Positions 1 to 9,222 of a DNA stretch of 64,000 nucleotides are shown here, one piece after another; the first letter of the stretch is position 1, and every line of letters begins with the position of its first letter. The stretch is from Halobacteriales archaeon (lineage in GTDB: Archaea; Halobacteriota; Halobacteria; Halobacteriales; Hikarchaeaceae): contig JAXHME010000026.1 of the NCBI GenBank assembly GCA_034521615.1, forward strand, positions 99,477 through 163,476, written 5' to 3'. The notes under the pieces were generated by a model, which saw only the letters and a program-made list of their open reading frames with translations, searched no databases and had not been told where the DNA came from. The position numbers and the translations under genes were made by a program.

Positions 1-473
1 ACTCGCGCTTCGTCATCTACTCGGCCTCGCTCGCGCCGCACTTCCTGGAGGCGTCCGGCCGCTGGCGGGCGGTCATGGCGTACGTCCTCACCGACCAGGC
101 GTTCGCGGTGTCGATCACCCGATTCGCCGAGGGGCTCGAGGGCCCGGTGACGCGCCGCTGGTTCTACCTCGGGACGGCCCTGCCCCTCTGGGCCGTCTGG
201 CAGCTCGGGACGATCGTGGGCGCGGTGGTCGGGGCGCGGGTGCCGGCCTGGCTCCCCCTGGAGTTCGCCGTACCGCTGACGTTCCTGGCGCTGCTCGTCC
301 CCGCCGTGGAGGGCCGGGCGAGCGGGGCCGCGGCCCTGGTCGGCGGCGGGGTCGCGACCGCGGGGATTGCGCTCCCGTTCAACCTCGGGCTGCTGGCCGG
401 CGCGCTGGCGGGCATCGCCGCCGGGGTCCTGGTCGCCGAGCGCGATGACACGGCCGAGGTGATGGCCGAATGA
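1..473 (+). CDS. azlC: AzlC-family branched-chain amino acid transport protein, C-terminal part (5' end lies outside the window)
   Basis: The frame is open from the window edge (SRFVIYSASLAPHF...LTDQAFAVS...). The sequence is hydrophobic and multi-TM. Its stop overlaps the next start in ATGA, and the next ORF looks like the usual partner AzlD. Confidence 0.6.
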   Translation, partial: SRFVIYSASLAPHFLEASGRWRAVMAYVLTDQAFAVSITRFAEGLEGPVTRRWFYLGTALPLWAVWQLGTIVGAVVGARVPAWLPLEFAVPLTFLALLVPAVEGRASGAAALVGGGVATAGIALPFNLGLLAGALAGIAAGVLVAERDDTAEVMAE

Positions 474-796
474 CGGCCTCCGACGCGACCGTCTGGGCGG
501 CCGTGTTCGTGGTCGGGCTCGGCACGGTGGCCCTGCGCGGCTCGTTCCTGTTCCTCTTCGAGCGGCTCGGGACGGTGCCGCCCCGGGTCGAGCGCGCCCT
601 CGGCTTCGTGCCCGCGGCCGTGCTCGCGGCCCTCGTGTTCCCCGCCATCCTGGCGCCCGAGGGGGCCGTCTCGGTGCTCGGCAACGACCGGCTCGCCGCC
701 GCGGCGGTCGCGGCGGCCGTCGCGTGGTACACCGAGAGCCTCCTCGCCACCATCGTCGTCGGCCTCGTGGCGATCGTCGTAATCGGGCTGGTCTGA
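470..796 (+). CDS. azlD: AzlD-family small membrane protein
   Basis: 108 aa and strongly hydrophobic. It is translationally coupled (ATGA) to the AzlC-like ORF. Confidence 0.6.
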   Translation: MTASDATVWAAVFVVGLGTVALRGSFLFLFERLGTVPPRVERALGFVPAAVLAALVFPAILAPEGAVSVLGNDRLAAAAVAAAVAWYTESLLATIVVGLVAIVVIGLV

Positions 797-868
797 GGCG
801 CATCGCCGGTCGTGCGGTCACCCCGAATCGGACGACAGGTTCATGGGCCTTGTGAATAAGTAGCATAC

Positions 869-970
869 ATGGACGAGCGCCCGGAGCACGTCTGTACCGT
901 CTGTGGGGAAGCGTTCCCGGACGAGGAGGCGCTGGCCGCCCACGTCCGGACGGTCGGGCTGGCGTTCTGA
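869..970 (+). CDS. Zinc-finger-like micro-protein (33 aa)
   Basis: ATG at 869, TGA at 968-970. MDERPEHVCTVCGEAFPDEEALAAHVRTVGLAF carries H-x-C-x2-C-x12-H. It is too short for the ORF track. It fills an otherwise empty intergenic gap. Confidence 0.45.
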   Translation: MDERPEHVCTVCGEAFPDEEALAAHVRTVGLAF

Positions 971-1071
971 GCTCGGTCAGGGCCGACCACGTGGCGGTCG
1001 ACTGGGAGCTCGACCCGGCCGGGCGTGTCGTGGGCCGTAACGGCAGTCGTCAGCCAGGCGTTACACACACG

Positions 1072-1078
1072 TTTATAA
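1072..1078 (+). promoter_or_regulatory. TATA-like box (TTTATAA) for the 1102 gene
   Basis: An AT-rich heptamer in GC-rich surroundings, centred about 27 nt upstream of ATG 1102. This spacing fits a leaderless haloarchaeal transcript. Confidence 0.4.
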
Positions 1079-1101
1079 CCGGCCCAAGAAACCCGGTTGG
1101 C

Positions 1102-1522
1102 ATGCCTATCGAGAACGCGTCGGAGGTCGTGAGCTTCGACGCGGACGCGGCCTGCGAGGCGGTCCAGGACGTGGTCTCCGGGGCGCTCCGGTCGTTCGTG
1201 GAGTTCGACGGGGACTCGTTCAACCCCATGTACGTCGACGACGCCACGCTGGGATTCTACGACGACGAGGACCACATGCGGGCCCACTTCTCGAAGCTGC
1301 ACTCCTACGTCTACCTCGACCTCGCCGAGATGGACCTGTTCACCCAGGAGCTGTTCCCCATCGCCGAGCGGGTGGAGTACATCACCACCGCGCTCGACCT
1401 GTTCAAGATGGTCCGGATCTACCACGACAACCAGGGGATCTTCGTCGCGATCGACCACGACGAGCCGGTCGAGCCCGGTGGTCGAGGCGGTCGAGGACGC
1501 CATCGCCAACGGCGGCGCGTAG
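1102..1522 (+). pseudogene. Conserved-looking acidic hypothetical protein, frame broken near 1474-1478
   Basis: MPIENASEVVSFDADAACEAV...IFVAIDHDEPVEP reads well. The frame then turns Arg-rich and runs into the convergent gene. The +1 frame gives a plausible end, VVEAVEDAIANGGA*, with TAG at 1520-1522. Confidence 0.5.
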
Positions 1523-1543
1523 GGGCAGCGACCGGCCGGGCCC

Positions 1544-1951
1544 TCAGAGCTCGAGCTCGAGGTCCGTCTCGTCGAGCCGCCGGGCGCCGGCCTCGACCGC
1601 CGCCTCGACGGCCTCGTGGTCCTTCATCACGAAGCAGTTGAACTGCCCGAGGCTCCGGTGGAGCACCGAGCCCTTGAACAGGAGCGTCGGGTGGTCGGTG
1701 TACTTGCGCTTGACCACCGCAAAGGGCGCCGGGTCGGGCACCTTCGCGAGCGCGTAGCCGTGCTCGTCGAGCACGCGGTCGACCCGGCCGAACCGGGACT
1801 CGGGGACCTCGAAGCGGTAGTCGTAGGAGCTGTAGTAGCGCTTGAGCGCGTCGAAGACGTCGTCGTCCTCGAAGTAGTGGCGGAACAGGTAGGCCTCGCC
1901 GACGTGGAACGCGTTGATCCGCGTCCGGCCCGCCTGGTGGAACGCCGCCAT
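1544..1951 (-). CDS. Hypothetical protein (135 aa)
   Basis: Clean ORF with protein-like composition (…YLFRHYFEDDDVFDALKRYYSSYDYRFEVPESRF…). I do not recognise a family. Confidence 0.55.
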   Translation of the reverse strand: MAAFHQAGRTRINAFHVGEAYLFRHYFEDDDVFDALKRYYSSYDYRFEVPESRFGRVDRVLDEHGYALAKVPDPAPFAVVKRKYTDHPTLLFKGSVLHRSLGQFNCFVMKDHEAVEAAVEAGARRLDETDLELEL

Positions 1952-2023
1952 CGACCCATCTACGGGCGCTGACGCGTTAAGCGTCGCGGGCGCCTCACGC
2001 TCGAACGGCGCGGTTCAGAACCC

Positions 2024-3442
2024 TCAGTCGGTCTCGAGTTCGCCGCCGAGCACCTTCGCGGCCGTCAGTATCGGGTCCCAAGTGGTGTTGAACGGCGGGG
2101 CGTACGCCAGGTCGTAGTTCGCCAGCGCCTCGACCGTGACGCCCTCCGTGACCGCGGCGACGGCGGCGTGGCTCCGGTGGACGGCGCCCTCGCCGTACTC
2201 GGAGACGAGGCTCGCGCCGAGCAGCCGGCCGCTCGCCCGGTCGGCCGTCAGGGTCACCCGGACCGTGCCGCCCGCGGGGTAGTAGCCGGCGCGGGACTTG
2301 GCGTCGATCGTCCGGCTCACGGGGTCGAAGCCGGCCGCCTCGGCCTCGTCGTGATCGAGGATCCCGGTCCGGGCGGCCTCGACCTCGAACGCCTTCACCG
2401 CGGCCGTGCCCGCGACGCCGCCCGCGGTCGTGCGGTCGCCGGCGACGGTCTGGCCGACGGCCCGGCCGTGGCGGTTCGCGGTGAGCGCGAGCGGGACGTG
2501 GACCGGCTCGCCGGTGACCACGTGGGTCGCCTCGGCGCAGTCGCCCGCGGCGTAGACGTCCGGCACGCTCGTCTCCCGGTAGGCGTCGGTCGCGATGGCG
2601 CCCGTGGGGCCGAGCTCGACCCCGGCGGCCTCGGCGAGCCCGGTTCGGGGCCGGACGCCGGTGCCCACGAGCACCATCTCCACGGGCACGCGCTCGTCCC
2701 CGGTGACGACCGCCTCGACGGCGTCCCCGCCGTCGAGCGCCTCGACCTCGGCCCCGAGGTACACCCGAACCGCCTGCTCGCCGAGATGCTCGAGCACGCG
2801 CTCGCTGGTGGCCTCGCTGAACGGCTTCAGGATCCGCGCCCCGCGCTGGAAGAGGTGCACCTCGAAGCCGTTGGCGGCGAGCGCCTCGGCCATCTCGACC
2901 CCGATGTAGCCGCCGCCGACGATGCCGACCGGGCCGCTGCAGGTCTCGAGGAACTGGCAGGCCGGACCCCGGTCGGGCTGCTGGAGGTCCCCCTCGGCGC
3001 GGGCCCCGGCGACGTACTCGCGGAGCTCCCGGCCGTCGCTCATCGAGCCGAGCGTGTACACGCCCTCGCGGCCGAGCCCCTCGATGGGCGGCTCGACCGC
3101 CGCGGCGCCGGTCGCGAGCAGGAGGTGGTCGTAGCCCTGGACGACGGTCTCGCCGTCGGCCTCGGCGGTCACCGTCCGGGCGTCGGGGTCGATCGCGACG
3201 ACGTCGTGGCCCGTCCGGAGGTCGATGTCGCGCTCCTCGCGGAACTGCTCGGGCGTGACCGAGACGAGGTCCTCGAGCGACTGGATCTCGCCCTTGACGT
3301 AGTAGGGCAGCCCGCAGGCGCCGTAGGAGACCCACTCGCCCCGCTCGAGGACGACCACCTCGAGCGAGGGGTCGTCCCGCTTGGCCTTGCTCGCGGCCGA
3401 CATGCCGGCGGCGTCCCCGCCGACCACGACGAACGTGTCCAT
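2024..3442 (-). CDS. FAD-dependent pyridine nucleotide-disulfide oxidoreductase (CoA-disulfide reductase / NADH oxidase family)
   Basis: 472 aa. It has an N-terminal GGDAAG dinucleotide fold, the redox Cys motif SYGACGLPYY, a second GGGYIG fold and AAGDCA. Confidence 0.8.
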   Translation of the reverse strand: MDTFVVVGGDAAGMSAASKAKRDDPSLEVVVLERGEWVSYGACGLPYYVKGEIQSLEDLVSVTPEQFREERDIDLRTGHDVVAIDPDARTVTAEADGETVVQGYDHLLLATGAAAVEPPIEGLGREGVYTLGSMSDGRELREYVAGARAEGDLQQPDRGPACQFLETCSGPVGIVGGGYIGVEMAEALAANGFEVHLFQRGARILKPFSEATSERVLEHLGEQAVRVYLGAEVEALDGGDAVEAVVTGDERVPVEMVLVGTGVRPRTGLAEAAGVELGPTGAIATDAYRETSVPDVYAAGDCAEATHVVTGEPVHVPLALTANRHGRAVGQTVAGDRTTAGGVAGTAAVKAFEVEAARTGILDHDEAEAAGFDPVSRTIDAKSRAGYYPAGGTVRVTLTADRASGRLLGASLVSEYGEGAVHRSHAAVAAVTEGVTVEALANYDLAYAPPFNTTWDPILTAAKVLGGELETD

Positions 3443-3537
3443 GGGTGGCGGTCGGCCGGCGCCGGGTTAAGCCCGCGGGCGGTGGAACCGTCCGGGCGCC
3501 CCGAAACGCCTTCACCCGGGCGGGCCCTGCCGTCAGC

Positions 3538-3930
3538 ATGGACCCGCTGGCGGACCTGCCCGAGGGCTGGGAGGTCTGGAACGCCGAGCCGGGCGGCCGG
3601 GTCGTGCTCGCCTACCGCCCGGACGTCTTCGACGGCGACGCGTTCCCGCCCGCCTGCCTCCCGACGCTGACGGTGGCGCCCGGGCGGTCGCCCGACGGCC
3701 GGCCGGACCCCCGCGGCGAGACCGGCCGCTGGCACGTGGCGCTCTACCTCGAGCCGGACGTCCGCGTCCGCGACGTCGAGGCGAGCTTCGACGAGCGGGC
3801 CTCGGCGGTCGAGCGGGCGGTCGCCGTCGCCGCGGCGTTCGTCGCCGGCGAGGTCGACTACCGCGGCGCCTACCACGAGCCCCCCGAGGGCTACCTCGAC
3901 CGGCTCGACGAGCTGGTCCGGGCCGGCTGA
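3538..3930 (+). CDS. Hypothetical protein (130 aa)
   Basis: ATG at 3538 lies inside the 3445 ORF. MDPLADLPEGWEVWNAEPGGRVVLAYRPDVF... is acidic and protein-like. No family recognised. Confidence 0.5.
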   Translation: MDPLADLPEGWEVWNAEPGGRVVLAYRPDVFDGDAFPPACLPTLTVAPGRSPDGRPDPRGETGRWHVALYLEPDVRVRDVEASFDERASAVERAVAVAAAFVAGEVDYRGAYHEPPEGYLDRLDELVRAG

Positions 3931-3943
3931 GGCCCGCCGTCGG

Positions 3944-4748
3944 TCACCGTGGCGTCTCGGCCTCGGGCGCGGGCAGCGGGTCGATGAGCCTGGCGCGGTA
4001 GCCGAAGATATCCGCGTAGCCGTCGGCCGAGAGCAGCACCGGGTAGAAGGGCTCCTCGGCGACGAGGGGGTCGCCGTCGACCTCGGCGAAGGCCTCCCCG
4101 GCCGCCACCAGCTCGAAGTTCTCCGCGAGCACCCGGTAGCGCTCGCCCGGCGGCTTCGGGATGCGGCTCGCCCAGCTCGAACCGGGGGAGCTCGCGGGCC
4201 ATCGTCTCGCCGGCGAGCACGCCGACCGCCGTGAGGAACTCCCGGGCGATCCGGTAGGCGTTCTCGGCGGCGTCGTCGCTGCCCTGGAGGCCCGATTCGA
4301 GCTCGATCAGGTCGGCGTCGGCGGCGAAGATCCGGCCCTCGTCCTGGGTGATCTCGACGACGGCCGTCACCGAGAGGAACGGGCAGATCCGCGGCGCCAG
4401 GTCGTGGCGCGTGTTGGCGATGGCGAACGGCTTGTCGGTCGACCGCGTCGAGTGGATCGACAGGCCGATGCAGCCCTCGAGCTCGGCGGCGAGCCGCGGC
4501 GCGAGCTCGTACTCGTGGCTGCCCGCGGTCACGTCCTCGCCGAACGCCCGGTTGAGGTCGTCGTCGAGGTAGCGGACGCCGGCCGCGAGCGCCTCCTCGT
4601 TGGCGACGATCAGCTTGACCGGCCGCTCGACGGTCGGCGCGTCGTCGATGAGCCGCTCGACCGCGCGGGCGCCGCAGGGCTCGTCGCCGTGCACGGCGCC
4701 GACCACCGCGACCTCCGGCTCGCCCTCGCCCAGCTCGACCACGCGCAT
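3944..4748 (-). pseudogene. Succinylglutamate desuccinylase/aspartoacylase-family zinc hydrolase, frame broken near 4163
   Basis: The N-terminus has [10 protein letters not shown] (the HxxE zinc motif). The 285-aa ORF turns Arg-rich after ...LPRFELGEP. The 62-aa ORF 3944-4132 continues the sense (…VLAENFELVAAGEAFAEVDGDPLV…). The start-to-stop distance is one nt out of frame. Confidence 0.65.
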
Positions 4749-4846
4749 GTTGGCGGCGCTTGCCCGCCGCTCGCTATGAAACGTCCGCTTTCGCCCGGCC
4801 CGCTTATGGGTCCGCGCGGACTGGGCTCTCCCGACGGCGCCCCGCG

Positions 4847-5335
4847 ATGGACGAGCACACCGAGGACCCGACGGTCGCCCCGCCGCCCGAGGGCCGGGAG
4901 CCGACGGGCTGGGATCCGACGGCCGGCCGATGGGAGCACGCCACGCTCCGGCGGGCGGTGGGCCACGGCGTCCGGCTGTTCAACGCCGGCGAGCGCCACG
5001 GCGCCCACGACTGCTTCGAGGCCGAGTGGTACAACTACGGCCGCGGGACGACCGAGAGCGCGTTCCTCCACGGGGCGGTCCAGGTGGCCGCGGGGGCGTA
5101 CAAGCTCCTCGACCTGGACGACCGCGCCGGGATGGCGTCGCTGTTCGGGACCGCGCTCACGTACCTCCAGGGCGTGCCGCCGGACTACTACGGCGTGGAC
5201 GTTCCCGGCGTCCGGACGGCGGTGACCGCCGCGCTCGAGGAGCCCGAAACGCTCGAGGGGTGGGCTATCCGCCTGGACGGCGCGACGCCGACCGCGGGCC
5301 AGCCCGACTACGCCTATCTCGAGTCGCTCCCCTGA
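4847..5335 (+). CDS. DUF309-family protein
   Basis: Start at MDEHTEDP (ATG 4847). The signature region is [22 protein letters not shown]. Confidence 0.6.
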   Translation: MDEHTEDPTVAPPPEGREPTGWDPTAGRWEHATLRRAVGHGVRLFNAGERHGAHDCFEAEWYNYGRGTTESAFLHGAVQVAAGAYKLLDLDDRAGMASLFGTALTYLQGVPPDYYGVDVPGVRTAVTAALEEPETLEGWAIRLDGATPTAGQPDYAYLESLP

Positions 5336-5341
5336 GGCCCG

Positions 5342-5986
5342 TCAGTCGCCGCGCTGGGCGAGCTCGTAGCGGTCGGCGGGCAGCATCAGCTCGGCCAGCC
5401 CGGGCCGGTGCTTGACGTTGAAGACGACCCGCAGCTCCCGGCGGGCCGGCCGGCCCACGCAGGACAGCCGGATGCGGTCCTCGAGCTGCTCGGGCGGCAG
5501 GATGTGGTTGACCGGCATCTCGAGCTCGCCGTCGAGCACGGCGACCGCGCAGTTCGCGCAGGCGCCGCCCCGGCAGGCGTAGGGCCAGCGGTGGCCGCTC
5601 CCCTCGGCGGCCTCGAGCAGCGACTCCTCGGGGCCGACCTCGAACGAGCCGCGGTCCGCGCCGTCGAGGCCGGCCGCGTCGGCCTTCTCGAAGAGGTCGG
5701 GGTCGTCGAGGCGCCAGCCGTGGTCCTCGATGGCGTCGTAGTCGAGGTACTCCACGTGGCTGCGGAGCTCCTCGGCCTCGCCGTAGGCGGCCGCCTCGAA
5801 CTCCTCCGTCGGCGCGGGGTACTCGCCGTCGGTCAGGGCGGCGTAGGCCGCGCGGACGGCGCGGAACTCCTCGGTCGAGCCCCCGAGGTCGGGGTGGGTC
5901 TCCTTCAGCCGCTCGCGGTAGGCGCGCTCGATCGCCCCGTCGCTGGCGCCTCGGTCGACCCCCAGGACGGCGTACGGGGAGGGCAC
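5342..5986 (-). CDS. J-domain / plant-type [2Fe-2S] ferredoxin fusion protein
   Basis: The N-terminus [32 protein letters not shown] contains the J-domain HPD. The C-terminus [13 protein letters not shown]...LSCV has the C-x4-C-x2-C...C ferredoxin ligands. Confidence 0.75.
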   Translation of the reverse strand: MPSPYAVLGVDRGASDGAIERAYRERLKETHPDLGGSTEEFRAVRAAYAALTDGEYPAPTEEFEAAAYGEAEELRSHVEYLDYDAIEDHGWRLDDPDLFEKADAAGLDGADRGSFEVGPEESLLEAAEGSGHRWPYACRGGACANCAVAVLDGELEMPVNHILPPEQLEDRIRLSCVGRPARRELRVVFNVKHRPGLAELMLPADRYELAQRGD

Positions 5987-6071
5987 GCCACCCGCTAGCG
6001 AAATGGCGAAGATAAGCCTTCTCCCCCCGGCGGCCGGAACGGCGTCGCTCGGCGGTCGGCGTCGGGGGCGA

Positions 6072-6155
6072 TGCGAGGGGAGGGATTCGAACCCACGGAC
6101 CTCTACAGGAGCGGATCTTGAGTCCGCCGCCGTTTCCAGGCTTGGCTACCCTCGC
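6072..6155 (-). tRNA. tRNA-Leu (anticodon CAA)
   Basis: The reverse complement folds as a cloverleaf. The acceptor is GCGAGGG/CCCTCGC, the anticodon stem-loop is GCGGA-CUCAAGA-UCCGC, there is a long variable arm, and the T loop is TTCGAAT. One U-U mismatch sits in the T stem. Confidence 0.85.
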
Positions 6156-6260
6156 ACGCAGCCGGGAGGCGGCCCGGATTCGCCAAAAGGCTTCCGGGCG
6201 GGGACGGTCGGCCCTTCCGGGACCGGAATCCTGAAAGCCGGCGCCGCCGACGCTGGCGCC

Positions 6261-7391
6261 ATGAGCGCGACGTCGCGGCTGGACCCGCTTCGGGCGTGGC
6301 TCGCGACGGTCGGCACGGCCATCGTGGCGCTGGTCGCCGGGGCGGCCCTGCTCCCGGGCCTCGTCTACGACCGGTTCATCTGGCAGTACTTCTGGGGCCC
6401 GGTGGTCGCCGACGCCAACAGCGCGGCGTGTGCCATCAAGGACGCCACGGGCGTCACGTTCCCCGGGAGCGCCGGGAGCTGCTCGACCGCCGCCGGCATC
6501 GTCGCCTACCCGGGCTACACCGTGGTCTCCGAGATCGGCTACGCGGTCACGCTGATCCTGGCGCTGGTCGGCGTCGTCTTCCTGCTCCGGCGGTTCGGGC
6601 TCGGGTCGGACCGGCGGTTCTTCTTCGCGTTGCTGCCCGTACATGTTCCTCGGCGGCGCGCTGCGGGTGGTCGAGGACGCCAACGACGCCGTCCCGGCCG
6701 GCGTCGAGCCGTTCCTCAGCTTCCCGTGGAACGCGCTGATCATCAGCCCGGTCATCTACTTCACGATGTTCGCGTTCACGCTCGCCGCGCTGCTCGTCTC
6801 GGTCCGGCTCGCGACCGCGGGCCGCACCGACGGCTACGAGCGGCCGCTGGCGGGCTTCGGCCTCGCCGGGCTCGCGCTCGTGCTCGGCTACCTGCTCTGG
6901 CTCGCGGTGACGACCGACTACGTCGGGTTCTACCCGCAGGTGCTCGCCGTCGTGCTCGTCGCCACCACCGCCATCGTCGCCGGGCTCTGGTACGGCCTCG
7001 AGCGCTACTGGCCGGCCGCGAACCGCGGCACCGGGCGGATGGGCCTCCCCGTCCTCTGGGCGCACACGCTCGACGGCGTCGCGAACGTCGTCGGCATCGA
7101 CTGGGGCGCCGAGCTCGGCCTGCCGTACGGCGACCTCGTCCCGAAGCACCCGGTGAACCGCGCGCTCATCGACGTCGGCGAGCTCTTCCCGGCGTCGCTC
7201 ACGAACGTCATCGGGACCGCGTGGCCGTTCCTGGTCGTGAAGCTCGTCGCGGCGGTGCTCGTCCTCTACCTCTTCGACGACCCCATCTTCGAGGACAGCC
7301 CGCGCTACGCCATCCTGCTCCTGATCGCCATCGTCGCGGTGGGGCTCGGCCCGGGCACCCGCGACATGCTCCGGCGTCGTTCGGCATCTAG
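6261..7391 (+). pseudogene. DUF63-family integral membrane protein, two frame changes (about 6636-6638 and 7371-7376)
   Basis: [14 protein letters not shown]... reads well to ...RRFFFALLP. The sense then continues in the 6643 frame ([15 protein letters not shown]...GPGTRDMLR). It returns to the first frame for ...SFGI* with TAG at 7389-7391. Confidence 0.6.
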
Positions 7392-7646
7392 GGGCCCGGG
7401 CAGTCAGCGGGACAGTGACCGCCTGATCCGCCGCGCGAGTGGCACGTCCCGACGCTGAGGTCCCAGTACGCGAGCGCGAAGCTCAACGCGCCGAGGCCGA
7501 GGAACAGCGCCAGCGGCACCGGCTGACCGAGCCGCCGCCGCCGTCCAGCCCGCCAGCACGAAGCAGAAGACCCCGACGACGATCAGCTCGACGTCCCGGC
7601 CGTCGACGGCCTCGGGCGGGCTTGGATCGGGGATCGAGTTCGCCAT
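7388..7646 (-). pseudogene. Small membrane protein with Cys/His-rich C-terminus, frame broken within 7529-7543
   Basis: MANSIPDPSPPEAVDGRDVELIVVGVFCFVLAGWTAAAA is followed in another frame by LGQPVPLALFLGLGALSFALAYWDLSVGTCHSRGGSGGHCPADCPGP*. The break falls in a GCC/GCG repeat run. Confidence 0.4.
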
Positions 7647-7726
7647 CGTCTCGTCGGGTGCCGATTCGGCCGAGGGGGAAATAAGACCGCCCGGCCATTC
7701 CCGCGCGCCGGTAACCGGGGGCCGGC

Positions 7727-8101
7727 TCAGACGCTCGCGACGAACGCGATCTCGACGCGGGCGTCGATCGGCAGGTCGGCGACCTCGACGGCCGCCCGGG
7801 CCGGGTAGGGCGCCGAGAATCGCTCGGCGTAGACCTCGTTCATGCCGTCGTAGTCCGCCATATCGCGGAGGTAGACGGTCGCCTTGACGACGTCCTCGAG
7901 CGAGCCCCCGGCGGCCACGAGCACGGCCTCCGCGTTGGCGAGCACCTGGGCCGTCTGGTCGCGGATGCCCGCCACCTCGATCTCGCGGCTCTCGGGGTCG
8001 GCGGGGCCCTGGCCCGAGACGTAGACGGTCGACCCGTCGCGGATGCCCTGGGAGTACGGCCCGATCGGCGCCGGCGCGTCCTCGGTGTGGATCTCCTCCA
8101 T
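7727..8101 (-). CDS. ridA: RidA/YjgF-family reactive-intermediate (enamine/imine) deaminase
   Basis: 124 aa. APAPIGPYSQG...VYVSGQ...KATVYL.DM.D...NEVY...PARAAVEVA.LP is typical of the family. Confidence 0.85.
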   Translation of the reverse strand: MEEIHTEDAPAPIGPYSQGIRDGSTVYVSGQGPADPESREIEVAGIRDQTAQVLANAEAVLVAAGGSLEDVVKATVYLRDMADYDGMNEVYAERFSAPYPARAAVEVADLPIDARVEIAFVASV

Positions 8102-8185
8102 GGCGACTCCCCGGCGGCCGGCGGAAAATACGTTCCGAGTGCCGGCGAGCGGTAGCTACTAAGCCCGGCCGCTGGATGGGCCGGC

Positions 8186-9160
8186 ATGACCGACCGCCAC
8201 CTCTCGCTCGCCTGCGACCTCAACACCGTCACCTGGCCGGTCGCCGCCGACCGGGTCTCGACCCCTGGGCTCGACATCAACTTCCTCGCCCTCGACGACG
8301 TCAACGACATGTTCCGGCGGATGATCCGCCACCAGGAGTTCGAGGCCTCCGAGCTGTCGATGTCCTCGTACCTGATGGCCGTCGACCAGGGCGGCCCGGA
8401 GTTCGTCGCGGTCCCGGTGTTCCCCTCGCGGGTGTTCCGCCACGGCTTCCTCTTCGTCAACGACGACGCGGGCATCGACGAGCCCGCCGACCTCGCGGGC
8501 GCCCGCGTCGGCGTCCCCAGCTACTCGATGACCGCCGCGCTCTGGGAGCGCGCCATCGTCCAGCACGAGTACGGCGTGGCGCCGACCGAGATGACGTGGG
8601 TCCAGCGGCGGGGCCAGGGCACCGACGAGGGCGACCCGCTCAGCCTCGACCTGCCCGACGGGCTCGAGCTCGAGGCCATGCCTCCCGGCCGGACCCTGAG
8701 CGGGATGCTGGCCGACGGCGACCTCGACGCGCTGTTCGCGCCCTCGGTCCCCGACAGCTACGACGGCGAGACCGTCCGCCGGCTCTTCCCGGACTACCGC
8801 GCCGTCGAGACCGACTACTACGAGCGCACCGGTTACTTCCCCATCATGCACGTCCTCGTGCTCCGCCGGGACGTCTACGAGGGCGAGGAGTGGATCGCGG
8901 GCGAGCTGACCCGGGCGTTCACCGAGGCGAAGGACCGGGCGCTCGACGGGTTGGCCTCGGCGGCGCGCCGGAAGCTCGCGATCCCGTGGGCCTACGAGCA
9001 CCTCGAGCGGGTGACCGAGACGTTCGGCGACGACTACTGGCCGTACGGCGTCGAGGCGAACCGCGAGGTGCTCGAGGCGATGTGCGCCTACTCCCACGAG
9101 CAGGGGCTGACGAGCCGGCAGCTGTCGGTCGACGAGCTGTTCGCGCCGAACACCTACTGA
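8186..9160 (+). CDS. PhtD-like (4,5-dihydroxyphthalate decarboxylase family; periplasmic-binding-protein fold) protein
   Basis: 324 aa. The N-terminal pattern LSLACDLN...INFLALDDVNDMFRRMIRHQEFEASELSMSSYL matches my memory of PhtD-like decarboxylases. The assignment is from memory only. Confidence 0.6.
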   Translation: MTDRHLSLACDLNTVTWPVAADRVSTPGLDINFLALDDVNDMFRRMIRHQEFEASELSMSSYLMAVDQGGPEFVAVPVFPSRVFRHGFLFVNDDAGIDEPADLAGARVGVPSYSMTAALWERAIVQHEYGVAPTEMTWVQRRGQGTDEGDPLSLDLPDGLELEAMPPGRTLSGMLADGDLDALFAPSVPDSYDGETVRRLFPDYRAVETDYYERTGYFPIMHVLVLRRDVYEGEEWIAGELTRAFTEAKDRALDGLASAARRKLAIPWAYEHLERVTETFGDDYWPYGVEANREVLEAMCAYSHEQGLTSRQLSVDELFAPNTY

Positions 9161-9222
9161 GGGCCGAGGCCGGGGGCGGCGGTACGTTTTTGCCACCCCC
9201 CGGCGCGCGTCCATCCGACACC

